Below, one piece after another: positions 14,366-30,760 of a stretch of DNA of 64,000 nucleotides. Positions within the stretch are counted from its first letter, which is position 1. Every line of letters begins with the position of its first letter. Origin of the DNA: the human T2T-CHM13v2.0 reference genome, Homo sapiens; the NCBI RefSeq assembly GCF_009914755.1, contig NC_060940.1. One strand, given 5' to 3'. The notes below the pieces were generated by a model. It was not told where the DNA came from. It ran no database searches and was given only the letters and a program-made list of their open reading frames with translations. The position numbers and the translations under genes are program-made.

Positions 14366-15163
14366 TAAGCACCTCTTCCCACCCCCCTGGGTGACAGGGA
14401 AGAAGAAAATGACCCTTGCTGGTTACACTTTCAGTTATGAGACCCAGAAGAGGCAATGCAAATGGGTTCAACCATGAGTGCTTAAACAACCCCTCCCACA
14501 TACAACACACACACACCCTCCTCTCAAGACACACATACACGCACATGCACACACACCATCCACACCCTCTATGCCACCCCTGCACATGTCAGGGTGAGGG
14601 CATGGAAAGCTTGGAATTCACCACTACCCTTGCTTTGCTCAGCAAGTCAGGAGCCTGCTGAATATGTCAGCTGGCTTGGCAAAGAGGAATCTGTGCTCAC
14701 AAGGTGGTTCTGGTGGGTGGGACGGGACAGGCTGTGCCACACACCAGGAGCCTGCAGAGACCCAAAGAGGGAGCAGCTGGAGAGGAGAGCAGAGAGTGGG
14801 GCTGGCAGGGGGTTGGGGGGGGGGCACCATTGATCTTCTCCAGGGGACACTGAGGTCACAGCTCTGGCAGGCAGCATCTGGATGCCTGCAGGAGGTGGGT
14901 AATGGCCCATAAATAATGCACCAGGACAAGACGGGGGCAGCCGGTGGGAGTGGGCGACTCTGGACTTGGAGGCAGGAGACCCCAGAAGGAATCCCACCCT
15001 CATCTTGGATGGTGGATGGGTGGGTGTCTCCCTCTCTGGGCTCTGTTTCCCAAAATGTGAGCCAAGGGCACTCATCATCATAACCAGCCACTGTGAGGAT
15101 GACAAGAGAAAACAGGAGAATGTGTCATAAACAGAAAGGCCTGATCCAAATGGGAGATGGTAT

Positions 15164-15730
15164 TGTAGGGGAGGAAGAAAAGATTCCTTTTCCTTCCATC
15201 CTCCTAGATTTTCTGGCTGGGGTCCTGTAAACCAGGCTGACAAAAGACAGATTAACAAGAAAAAAAACAAGCAGAAGTTTATCAATATGTGCATCATGCA
15301 TACACATGGAAATACTCAGGGATGAGTAACTCAAGGGAGTGGCTAGAACTTGGGCTTATACAGCATCTTGACAAAAGAACAATAAATTATTAGAGAAGTG
15401 ACAAGACAAAGTGAAAGGATTTAGAGCTTCTAGGGAGGCAAGCTGTGGGAGGGTAAATATATGGAGAAGCTAAGGGAAGATAGGGTGGGTGAGTCAGGTT
15501 TGTTTTGTAGATTCCTCTGGTGCCCTCTCTGGGCTAAAGGTCCAAAGTTGTCTATGTTGATTAACTTCTGTTCTTCCTGGCAGAGAGTGAAGAAGAGCTA
15601 CTTTTACAAATTTATATCCTGCTTTTAGGCAAATAGCGGGAGGCCAGAGAGTTTTTCTTGTATCTGCTTCTTTTCAGTTGACTTCAGTTCAAAATAACCA
15701 ATGTGCTAAAATGGCATATTTTGGTATATA
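15164..15730 (-). mobile_element. ERV1 LTR (MER34/MER39-like)
   Basis: tgtagggg...gacaaaagacagattaacaag...cttcagttcaaaataa..atgtgctaaaatggcatattttgg. Confidence 0.7.
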
Positions 15731-15807
15731 ATTATTAAATGTTTGTACTATTATACTATTACATTAACAGATATATAATTATGATATAATTATTATTCCA
15801 TCTAGAG

Positions 15808-16215
<408 letters not shown>

Positions 16216-16696
16216 GCTGTTCTTTCCTCTGGCAGGCAGGCAACATCGTGTTGCCTACATAATGGGCTGTTGGGCTGATGTTGTGGGGGGCTTAGGATCC
16301 TGTCTGGCAGAGGGTCTAGACTCAATGCATGGTAGCCCTAATGATTATGCAGGGACCCCAGGCCTGAGGCCATAGGTGGTCCCAGGATGCTGACATCTAC
16401 CTGTCCAGCATCACTACTCACTCATTAGCCTGTGACTCCCTTCCCTAGAAGGCCCCTGGTGTCACTCTCTGTGATCCATCCAGCCCAACCTGCTGAGCCA
16501 ATGGTTCTGTCTCAGAATCAAATTCTGACCCACATTGAGACCTCCCAGTTAGACCCCAAAATATAAATTTTTTAAAAGCACTTTTTTGTTATGCATCTTT
16601 CCTGATAGTAAGTGGGTGCTTATAGCAATACTCCAGTGCAATTCAACCATCATATGATAAGTGACCACTAAGGGTCAGATGTGATTCTTGACATCA

Positions 16697-17523
<827 letters not shown>

Positions 17524-18610
17524 GGTACTAATATTTGTTTGTTGTCCGTGGTCCATGGTATTCCCAGCTTGCATTGCCACTTTACAAACATTCATCTACT
17601 CATTCATTCATTCATTCATTCATTCAGCAAGGACTGGTGGAGGGCTCCCATCTACTAAGTATCTGGGGCTAAACAGTGATCAAGCTTCCTTGCCCTCAGG
17701 AAGCTCATCGTTCAGGGCACAGATGAAATTGCACACAGACAACCACTGTATGGAGTGAGGGAGGGTTGTTGAGCCACCAGCTTCACTTCTGTGTATCTGT
17801 TTCTTCATCTGTAAAATCAGAAAAATAAAGCTACAGCTAGCTCTCTAAATATTGAGTGAGTCAAAGGAGATAACATATGTAGGTAATGCCCTCTGCATTA
17901 TCCCTGGCACAATAAATGGCAGATTATTATTACAACAAAGCAGGGGGCTCAAAGGGGGCCCAGAGGAGGCGAGTCAGGGAATGAAGGGGTTAGTTGAGGT
18001 CTAAATGGACACTCCAGAGATAAATGGGAGGTGTAGAAAATGGAAGGAAGAGGTCTCCAGACAGAGAGAATGCACATGCAAAGACCCCACGGTGAACAAG
18101 CCCCTCAGTCCTCACAACCCCAAAGCCCCACCAGCTCTCTTCTCGTCATGTGCATGAGTTGTGCTCCCTCCCCAGAAGTCTTGAAGCCCCAGGACCCCCC
18201 TGACTTCTCAGCACCCAGTTCCAAGGCAGCTGGATGTGTCACAGCACCTACTGCACTCATCACAAGGATTCTCTTTGCCCCCACGCTTTGCACCTGAAAC
18301 TACGTGATTCATCGTCCTCACAGCTACTAATCAATGGATTCAAACGGCACCAGGCCCTGGGCTGTTACCCACTCACTAATTCCTCAAAGCTTTATCATTA
18401 GACCCACTTGAGAAACAAAGAGATCTGCAAGGTTAGGTTACTTGCTCCAGGTCACCCAGGTAGTGGATGGTGGAACCCAGGGCTGTCTGTCTCCAAGCCA
18501 TGAAGCCTGCACAGGCCAGCAGCCCAGGTCTTTAATGCTCAGCTCTATGCATGGAGGATATATGGTGAGGAAAGCGGGGTGAGTTGAGACTTTAGAAGAA
18601 TAGCTGTTCT

Positions 18611-18917
18611 GGCCAGGCGCAGAGGCTCATGCCTGTAATCCCAGTACTTTGGGAGGCTGAGATACGAGAATTGCTTGAGTCCAAGAGTTTGAGACCAGCC
18701 TGAGCAACATGGGGAAACCCTATCTCCACAAAAAATACAAGAACTAGCCAGGTGTGGCGACATGCACCTGTAGTCCCAGCAACTCAAGAGGCTGAGGTGG
18801 GAAGATCGATTGAGCCTAGGTGGTTGAGGCTACCGTGAGCTATGATCACACCACTGCACTCCAGCCTGAGCAATGGAATGAGACCCTGTCTCAAAAAGAA
18901 AAAAAAAAAAAAAAAAA
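18611..18917 (+). mobile_element. Alu (J-like)
   Basis: Dimer; TSD aagaatagctgttct. Confidence 0.95.
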
Positions 18918-19484
18918 AGAATAGCTGTTCTATCCTAGAGTCATAGAGTCAGCCTAGTAGGGACCAGAGCCTGGGGCAAGGGGCAGGGCAGAGGCCACAG
19001 CACTTGCTAAAAAAGAACAGACTCCCTTCTTTGCCAGAATAAGTTGTAATAGTAATGAGTTCCAAGAAAAGAAAGGACAAACAGGCTTAGATGCTTAAGG
19101 GAGGAGGGTTCCATACCGTGCCCTCCCATCCTCAGCAGGGCCTGGTCCTGCCCAAGAGTAGGGACATCTGACTCAGAACCAGCACAGGAGCAGAGGGAAG
19201 GCTGAGCCTCTCAGGTCATCCCTTCCTTGACTGGAGACAAAGCTGTGCAGACAAACAAGAAAAAAAGCCCATGTTGGGTTCATGGTGTACACTTGTGGCT
19301 TCTGGTCCCTTCATTTTCATAGTCAGCGACATCAAGCCAACTGTTTTCTCTTGGAGAGCACAGACCTCCACCCACACTGTCATAATGTCCAAACTACCTT
19401 CTTGGCATTAAATCTTTCTTTTATGAAATCATGGTGGTAACAGATGATTTCTGCGTGTATTAGGTAAAATAAATGATTGGCATC

Positions 19485-20100
19485 TGAACAGTAAAGAGTT
19501 AGCTCAGCAGGCTGGTATTGCTCAAACCCTGCACATTCCAAAGAAGGGGCTGGCCCTTGACTCCTTCTGGGAGATAACCTCAGCCCTTGTAGCATCCTGT
19601 TTGATAACAATGTTTTTGTACGTCTGGGGCCTCCTGGCACACTGTATCAGTTTGACCAGAGTTTATGCTAACAATGTAACTTGTGATGAATGCCTGTTTT
19701 TATTTGTCTGACACCACTGTGTCCGTTTGATCTCTGGGGGCCTGGAGACTGGTGGCTAAGGTTGGTCACATGGGTGATGCATACTTACATGACTGACCTC
19801 AATAAAAACCCTGGATGCTAAGGCCTGGGTGAGCTTCCCTGGTTGGTAACACCTTGCATAAGTCATCATACATTGTTGCTGGAAGAATTAGTGTGTTCCC
19901 AGGTGAATCCACTAGGAAGGGACACCTGTAAGCATGCACCTGATATCCCCGCGACTTTGTTTTTGTACCTTTTCTTTTTACTGATTTTGATCTGTATCCT
20001 TACACCACAATAAGTGATAAATACGAGTACAATGGCTTTTCTGAGTTCTGTGAGTCCTAGCAAATCATGAAGCCTGAGGGTGATCCTGGGGACTCTCAAG
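19485..20100 (+). mobile_element. ERVL LTR (MER77/MER21 group)
   Basis: aataaaaaccctgga...gggtgagcttccctggttgg...tctgagttctgtgagtcctagcaaatc. Confidence 0.7.
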
Positions 20101-20819
20101 CCAGCATTCTAAGTTGGCTCCCCAGTTTCTGTTATTTGGAAACTTGATTGAAACCTGATTCAACCCAACCCTGTTGTCATGGTGCTCAGGACACTGGGGA
20201 AGCTGCAGCCCCTGAGAACGGAGAGTGCCCCTGGGTGGTGAGCCATAGAGCTGAGTCTGCCCCAGGTCTGGGGAGTGGCCCATGCCCAGCTCTGTGGGTG
20301 GCTTTAGCTCAGGCCCAAGATGAGGCTGGGCCAATGACAACCCAAGAAGGATGAGCCTGCCAAAAGGGGGCCCCTCTCCAGCTCTTCAGGAGAGATGTTT
20401 CTCTGGACATACGGGTTTTCCTAAGGAAAGAGAAGGCTTTGCCCAGCTCCAAAGAGCAAGTCTCATCTTTTCGTCTGCTTTCGGCCAGATTCCTACCTGT
20501 CCTAGAAACTCCCTGGAGCCCACAAGGGAAACCGTGCCTCCCCTTTTTCCCCTTCGGGTTCTCCCCTCCTGCAGAGAGCAGGGTAGGTCAGCCCCTCAAG
20601 CACACATTTGGGCTGCAGGAGCACTATGATGGAGGAGAGCCTGGATGGTCACCCGCCACTCTCCATGAGGGGTGCTTTTCCCTAGACCAAGTCCCACCTT
20701 TCAAGGGAAACTGAGACAAGGAAACCTTAGCTCTGGTCCACGTGACAAAGTGTAGAGTTTAAAACAGAAGCTTCTGAAACTGAGGTCAAATAGTTCATTC
20801 CCCGGCCTGCCTCAATTTT

Positions 20820-21413
<594 letters not shown>

Positions 21414-21414
21414 A

Positions 21415-21570
21415 CTAATACAATGTAAATGCTGTGTAAATAGTTGTTATGCTGTATTGTTTTTTATTTGCATTACTTTATAGTTACATTATTTTATTTT
21501 TTAATATTTTTGATTTGTGGTTGGTTGAATCCATGGATGTGGAACCCATGGACACAGAGGGCCACTGTAT
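21415..21570. mobile_element. MER2/Tigger-like DNA transposon end, followed by a (TG/TA)n repeat to ~21645
   Basis: ctaatacaatgtaaatgct...ggttggttgaatccatggatgtggaacccatgga...ctgta. Confidence 0.7.
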
Positions 21571-23079
21571 ATATGTGTGTGTTTGTGTGTGTGTGTATAT
21601 ATGTGTGGTGTGTGTGTGTGTGTATGTGCGTATGTATATATATAAAGCATTGAAGATCATACCCCCAAAATGTTAACACTGCCTATTGTTAGGCAGTGGA
21701 ATTATTAGTGATTTTTATTTTCCCCCTGCATAAGGTTTATGCATTGAATATACATAACTATTATAATTTGTAAACAATATTATCAGTTCCACCTCTTGCC
21801 TTGACTCAGCACCAACTGGGTTTCCATGAGCCTGCTAAAGTTTCCAGGGGAAGTGGAGGGACATTTGCAAATGGCACTGGAGGGGGCTCTACTGTCCTCA
21901 GGAACCGAGGAGACAGTGGGGTGTCCAGAGTTACCAGGATAGCAAGGGGCTGGCCCTGCAGGGCAAAGGGCCCTTACATATCATGGGAGAAAGGGGATTG
22001 CAATAAAACCAGTGAGTCGTCCACGGTGGCCCAGGAGCAGGGAGCAGATAATCTGGTAACTGGTGAAATTCCAGAGCCAGGCTGAGGCCGGGAACTCTTC
22101 CCCACCCGCTTCCTCGTTCCAGCTTCCTCACCATCTACTCATGCATACCCAGGCCTCTCCACCTCAATTCAGGAGCTCCCATTGAGGGGCAGGGCTGCAA
22201 TGTGCTTAGCTCTGTGCCTCCCTGAGCTCAGCACAGGGCCTGGCTGATCCAGTGTAGGATGGATGGATGGATGGATGGATGTTCTCTCCCTTTCGTCCGC
22301 CTCCCATCTCCATCTGCTGATCTTCCACCTCTTGGGGGCTCAGATGCCTCTTCCTCCAGGAAGCCCTTGCTGAGTCCCCTAGGCCTCCACTGCACTCTAT
22401 GGTAACATCAATTACTCATCTTAGTAGAGTCGGCCTGGTACTGAGATTATGGGACTCTGAGCTGGTTTCCATCAGTGCATGAACCTTAAAGTCAAGGTCA
22501 ATGTCCTGATCAGCTCTGTTCTCCATTGAACCCCACAACACCAAAAAGACGCTCAATCAATACTATGAAAGGAAAGAAAGGAGCCTCTCTTCTCTCCCTG
22601 AGTGTGGCTCAAGATTCGGAAGTAGGGAGTGTTACTGGGGAGGGGGAGACAGTTCCTATCTCCCCCACCCCTGCTAAGGGAAGAAGATTCATTGGCCCCA
22701 GGTTCATCATCTGCACCTCTGACTCCATCAGCTGGTTCTTTCTACTTGCTCCCAGTCATGGTCACGAGGGGATGGTGACTCAGCCCAATTCATCACCACA
22801 ATGGAAAAGCCCAGTCACCTGTCCTCCTGGCAGCAGGACTGGAGCTGCCTCTGTCTGTGGAAGGGCAGCAAGCCATACTGTTTTCAAGGTCCTTTTGTCT
22901 TTTACCTGCTGAAAAATCAAAAATTTAAAGAATGGAGGAGTACCACTGGTTTACATTTACAGTGTGGTATGAATCTCAACAACGAGGGATCGTTGAGATC
23001 CCTATGTTCCCTCCACGCCAGGCTCCAAGTCAAATGTCCATGTGCATCATCTTACAACAGTTTCACAAGACCATTGTTA

Positions 23080-24195
<1,116 letters not shown>

Positions 24196-24630
24196 ACTAG
24201 ATATATCAGCCTGAGTTTACAGATGAGAAGTGAAGGCTCATTTGAGATCTTTAGAAAGGTTATCTCATCTCCGACCTGGGTGCAGGCCAGTGATCTTCTG
24301 CCCATTTTACAAGGCAGTGACTTAGGAAGCATGTTTCAAGTAATTAGGAGCAAGGCTGGGGGGACACTTTCTTAGAGGCCTCCTGTCCCAGGCAACAGCT
24401 TGGCTCTCTGCACTGTTCTGCTTTTCACTGTTAATCCAACCTGCTCCCAAACATCACCCCTCCTCCGCAGAGTGCTGAAGATGAAGAGAGCCCAGCGGCA
24501 CAGGGGACCCAGAGCTTGCCCTTCTGCTGACTCAGTAGTGACTCCGCTGCCTGTCATGACTGATGTTTCCAGAAGGGTCAGGGCCTCCTCAACCTACCTC
24601 TTCCTTATGCACCTTTGTTTGATGCAATAG

Positions 24631-24974
<344 letters not shown>

Positions 24975-25289
24975 CCTACTGTCTCCACTTTTAGGAGTTC
25001 AAATCCACAACCTGACTCACTGGAATGCTCACAGGAGTTCATGAACTATCTGAGCTACATGGATAGTCTGCATGAGTTCAAGGCCACTGCAGACACCATG
25101 TCTCAGACAGGCGTGTCATAGTGTCAAAGCTCCTGTTAGGCAGCCTGCAGAACAGCCTAGGCCCCGTGAATTATGTCACTAGAACATCAACAATTAATTT
25201 TGTCCAATGACAAAGTCTGAAATGACTGAAAAGGGTAGGACTCAGGTAAGCCTGAAAGAATCTCTCATGCGATAATAACAATTTCATCA

Positions 25290-25500
25290 TGAATAATAAT
25301 AATGACCATGTATTGAACACTTAAACTTAAGTCATGCGTCTGGCACTATATTAAGCATTTTCTTTATATTCTGTTATTTAATCTTTACAGGAATCCTGAG
25401 GTCAGCATCATCCCAATTTCACAGAGTATGACATGACGTCTCAGAGAGGGTAAGCAGCTTGCCAAACATTCCACAGCCAGGAAGCTGTAGGACCAGCCTG
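25290..25500 (-). mobile_element. MIR
   Basis: tattgaacactt...ttatttaatctttaca...ctcagagagggtaagcagcttgcc. Confidence 0.7.
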
Positions 25501-26959
25501 TGCTCCTAAGGACTGGCTCCTGGCTGCTATATATAGAACTAAGCCTGGTGGAGGTGTCAGAAATAGAGGTTCACTTCTGTCATCACCGACCTCCCTCCAC
25601 ACCTTTGCAAAGGAGGAAACTGAGAGGCAGGGATTTCCGCAGAGCAAGGAACCCAAATTGCTGCCTCCTGTGATTTATACACTGCACCCCAAGCTGTAGG
25701 GGTAACCCAAGGACAAAGCTGTAACCCAAGCGGGAACATATGCCCCATCTGGGGCCACCAAAATCTTACCAGCTTCCTCAGCTGGTGGATCGGTTAATTC
25801 ACGGCCACAGCCCCCTGGAGCTGGGGGAAAGGAAAACCAGGGCGTCTCCGCAAACCAGCCCAGAGAGAGGTCTGCGGAAGGGCCCGGAAGCCTGCAGGCC
25901 CCTCTGCACCCCCAACCCCACCGCCATCCTGGACCTCCAAGATGACCTGGTCCAACAGAGTCCTGCATGGAAAAGACTGGAACCCAGGGAGGAGCAGAGC
26001 CCCGCCCAAGGTCACCGGCCGAGCCTGAATAGAACCCGGTTCTCCAGGAGCCCTGTCTTTAGCTGTCTTGTCCAAATAAAATTTTTCAGGCCATCAGATT
26101 TCCGTACTCCCTGGAGTGGGACTTCATCTGGGACCAAAGGAGGGCTGGTGAGGGGAGTGGCAGGAGGGAGGAGTGCCTCGGGGCCCCGAGCAGGATGAGC
26201 CTGAGGAAGAGACGGGTCCCCATGTTCCCTTTCCCGCTCAGATAATGGAGGTGAATTGAGGGGAGCAGAGACCTCCCCACCTTCAGGGTGGGACCCTGAG
26301 GGCCCAGGACACCTTTGCTAGGGGATGTCCCTCCTCACTCCTGCACAAGTTCCTCAAGGACACCCTCGGGCTCCGAAAACGGGGGGAGGGGGACGACGCC
26401 CCAGAGGCCCCTGAGCCCCTGGTTCTTCCCGACCCTAAGGGCTTTTCTCCCTCGGTTCCCAGGCGGCGACGGCGGGTAGCGCGAAGCAGCAGGCGCAGGG
26501 GCGCTGGGATGGGGATGTCTCTGCAGGTCTAAGGTTCCCCTTGGGAGTCTAAACAAAGACTACGGCAGCGCCGTCCCCTCCCCCGGGAACCCGACGCCGC
26601 GCGGCCACAGGGGGCCTGGAGGGGCGGGCATGGCCTCGCAGCGCACCCAGCACAGTCCGCGCGGCGGAGCGGGTGAGAAGTCGGCGGGGGCGCGGATCGA
26701 CCGGGGTGTCCCCCAGGCTCCGCGTCGCGGTCCCCGCTCGCCCTCCCGCCCGCCCACCGGGCACCCCAGCCGCGCAGAAGGCGGAAGCCACGCGCGAGGG
26801 ACCGCGGTCCGTCCGGGACTAGCCCCAGGCCCGGCACCGCCCCGCGGGCCGAGCGCCCACACCCGCCAAACCCACGCGGGCCCGCCCCCGCGGCGCACCG
26901 CCCCCAGCCCGGCCTCCGCCCCTGCAGCCGCGGGCACGCGGAGGGGCTCCTGGCTGCCC

Positions 26960-27034
26960 GCACCTGCACCCGCGCGTCGGCGGCGCCGAAGCCCCGCTCC
27001 CCGCCTGCGCGTCTGTCTCGTCCGCATCTCCGCG
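26960..27034 (+). other. NDRG4: NDRG4 alternative non-coding first exon (5' boundary approximate)
   Basis: Inside the CpG island; ends in a strong donor GCG|GTGAGT (GT at 27035). No ATG, so splicing to exon 2 makes ATG 51020 the start. Matches my recollection of the long-isoform 5' UTR. Confidence 0.75.
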
Positions 27035-27667
27035 GTGAGTCGGCGGCGCCCTCGCCCCTGAGCCCAGGGCCAGCTTCTCTCGCCGCCGCGGCTGCTGCGC
27101 GCGTCCCCGCCCAGCCCAGCCCAGCCCCGAGCACGACCCCAGCCCCACGCACGACCCTAGCCCCGCGAGTCCCGCACCGACTCGCTCCCGCCCCATTTCG
27201 CCTCCGCGGGGGCGGCGCCCCCTCCTCCCCGCGGCTCCCGCTCTCCTTCCTCGCCTTCCCGGCCGCGCTGGGGACCCCCAGCCGCCGTCCGCGACCCCCC
27301 ACCGCGACGCCCGGAGGCGGCGGGGTCTCTTTGTTCGGGCGGCGGGCACGGGGGACCACCTCCCACGGTGTCACCGCACCCACCCCGCGCCCTTCCTCCG
27401 CCTCCTGGAGTTCACCGGGACCAGGTGGCGGCGGGTGCCTTTTTGGGGGTGCGCGGCCATGCAATTGGTGGATTTTTTTAAACCGTTTTGGAGGGGGGAG
27501 CGCGGCGTTGGGGGCGGGAGAGCGCTCCTGGCTGTGAGCTGCTCCTGCCGCTTCGCTCCGCGCTCTCCTGCCGCTCCGCTCCGGGTCTCCCGCGCTCCTC
27601 TCCCCGGCTCGGCCGAGCGCGCTGCCCCGACGCCGCCACCCAGAGCCGGGCCGCGCCGGGCGCCGAG

Positions 27668-27704
27668 ATGAAGGTGCTGGGACACCGGCTGGAGCTGCTC
27701 ACAG
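27668..27704 (+). CDS. NDRG4: NDRG4 coding first exon of the longest isoform: MKVLGHRLELLT + first base of Gly
   Basis: GCCGAG-ATG at 27668; 37 coding nt; donor CAG|GTACCG; phase 1 joins exon 2 (G+GC=Gly) in frame through to MAGLQEL. Confidence 0.9.
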
Positions 27705-28853
27705 GTACCGCCCGCCTGCCCCGCAGCCGGCCGCCACTTTCCGAGTTGGAGCGGACTCCGGGCGCGGCGGCCGGGGACTGGGGCGGCTCGGGTCTGAGCA
27801 GGAAGGGGTGCGGACCCCAACTAAGTCCTAGTTTTGTGCTACCTGTTTGTGTGCGGAGCCCAGCCCCGGGAGAGGACTTGAGGTTGTGGCGAGTCCCTGG
27901 CGCTGGCGTCCGGGCTGCGGGAGCACCGGTCAGGGGGTGGCCCCATGGGGTCTCTGACCAGCGGAGCTCGGATTAGGACCCTGAAAGCTAGCTCAGGGCT
28001 CCTGCCCTCCAATCAGTGTCGCTTGTCCCCTAAGAAAGGACCCGTGGGCTTCTGGCAGGACCCGCGCCATGGACCTCTTATTTCTGCGCCCTGTGACAAT
28101 CTGAGCCGTCTTTCTCTGGGGGAGAAGTTTCTTGCTGGGAGTGGAGGCGACGCCAAGTGGCCTGGGAAGTGGGAAGCCAGATTGGACCCTACTGACTGGG
28201 GACCCTCAGCCTTGGGGCTCCTCTGGAGAAGTGATCAGTTGCCCTGCTGGAAACTCACATCCAGGGGGCAGTGGCTGGAGAGCAAGAGCGAACGGTCAGG
28301 AAGAGGAGGTGGGAAAGGGAGCAGGGACGGGGGGGAGGATTCGAGGAGTGACTTCTGTGTTCTCCCCGGTGTGGAGAGACCCAGACAGGAGGAAAGGAAA
28401 GCAACCCGGTTTCCTCCAGCTCTGGGACTTATAGGTGCTCCATCCGTGTATGTCAGATGAGCACAGATTCCAGTAAGTGTCCTCCGACACCTGGGGGAGG
28501 GGGCTGATCACTGCCTTCCAGGACCTTAATGTCCGATGAGGGAGCAGAGCCCCGGAGCCCTGTTACAAGGCTGGAAGGGGCAGCCGTCTGTGGGTGCGCT
28601 CAGGAAACGGTGGAATCCGAGTCGGGGGCAGCTTTTGAAGACCTCGAAAAACAATTTTTGTTAATGAAGAAGGAGGTGGCATTATGGGTTCAGGATCAAG
28701 GGAATGGCCCATGCTCTGGGGTGTGAGAGAGGCTTGTTCGGGGAGAGGTATGGAGGCTGAATGGCCTGGAATGTGCGTGTGTGTTGCGGGGGAGGGGGCT
28801 AGAAGGTGGGGGTGGGGTACGTTGGGTGAGGTTTTATTAAATCGGCAGTAGCA

Positions 28854-28991
28854 GGCCAGGCGCAGTGGCTCATGCCTGTAATCCCAGCACTTTGTGAGGC
28901 TGAGGCCAGAGGATCGCTTAAGGCCAGGAGTTCAAGACCAGCCTGGGTAACATAGCGAGACCCCATCTTTACAAAAAAATAAATAAATAAA
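28854..28991 (+). mobile_element. Alu monomer (FLAM-like)
   Basis: Left arm only with A tail; TSD taaatc.gca.tagc. Confidence 0.85.
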
Positions 28992-29215
28992 TCAGCAATA
29001 GCTCGTGACAGACTTGTAGAGAAGGAAAGGTGGAAGCTGTTCCTGGGACACTGGAAACTGACTGGGTGCTCAGAAGTTCCAGCGCTGAGCCCAGTTAGCC
29101 ACGGGGCTGGCACCCCCTCCAATCCCTTGCCAACTTTTTCTTTGTGGAGCTCACTTGAGGCAGGCCCAGCTCACCCAACTTGGAAGGGAACCGCGCAGGC
29201 CACTGAACTTGTTAA

Positions 29216-29552
<337 letters not shown>

Positions 29553-30462
29553 CCCACCATGGGTTTTTAGAGCTCTGCATGGTGAACAGATCTCCTGGTT
29601 CCTCTCTTCCCCAACTCTTCCTGCCCCCAAAGGGCCTGGATGAGAAATGCTCACAGGAGACATGTGTGGGGGGCTCAAGCAGGGGTCTAGGCTTTGGAGA
29701 CCCCATGCACTGTTCTCTCATCTCCTGGATAGAGGAGTCAGGACCCCTCTTCCCCCACCAGATGGGGTCACCAGATTCTGGCGGGCTTTCTAAGTCCCTG
29801 GCCAGGGTGGATGAGGCCCCTCTCAGTTACTGTCATCAGTCACAGGCTCCGCCCCCATTGTACCTGCAACCTGGCCCTGGGAGACAACCCATCCCCTCTG
29901 TTGCTATTTTGTGGTCTTCACAGACTTCCCTCTCTGTCCTCTTCCTTTTCTCACAGATCGGGATTCTAACTCCAACCCCATCAGTAGCCAGCTGTGTGAC
30001 TTCAGACAGGTTGCTTAACCTCTCAGACTTCAGCCCTCTCATCTTAAAGATGGAACTGTTGGCCCCTGTCTCTAAGAGATGGTGTAAGGCTTGCTGAGAT
30101 AGTGTAGGCGACACACATGGTTGGGACCTAGACCCTGGTGGGCACCTCTTGGGCCCCACCTGTCCTGGCTGGTTGGCACCTAGAGCATTTGGATCTGCCC
30201 CCACCCTCCTTTATCCCTGCTTTCCTGCGTCTGTGAGATTTGACCCATCTCCCCCATTGGATAACAAGCAGGTCACAGTCCGGGAGGTGGCCACTTTATT
30301 GTGGTGGCACACAGCAAATGCTCAAGGGTTGCTGACTGAGGCTAGGCTCACACAGCCCACTCGGCATCTACGTCTCTAGGATAATTCTGTAGAGGCCTCT
30401 AACTCCCTGCCCCGACATCAGCCTTAGGAAATTTTTACTGAATTTTAAAAACTCATATTGAA

Positions 30463-30760
<298 letters not shown>

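Larger units (their letters stand above)
26380..28000. promoter_or_regulatory. NDRG4: NDRG4 promoter CpG island
   Basis: Very high GC and CpG density, multiple GC boxes (GGGCGG/CCGCCC), contains both upstream first exons. Confidence 0.92.

Noticed and set aside
26529-27464. 311-aa minus-strand ORF and other long ORFs across the CpG island
   Set aside because: Arg/Gly/Pro/Ala-rich products expected from stop-codon scarcity in GC-rich DNA; several frames are open at once and no domain is recognisable.
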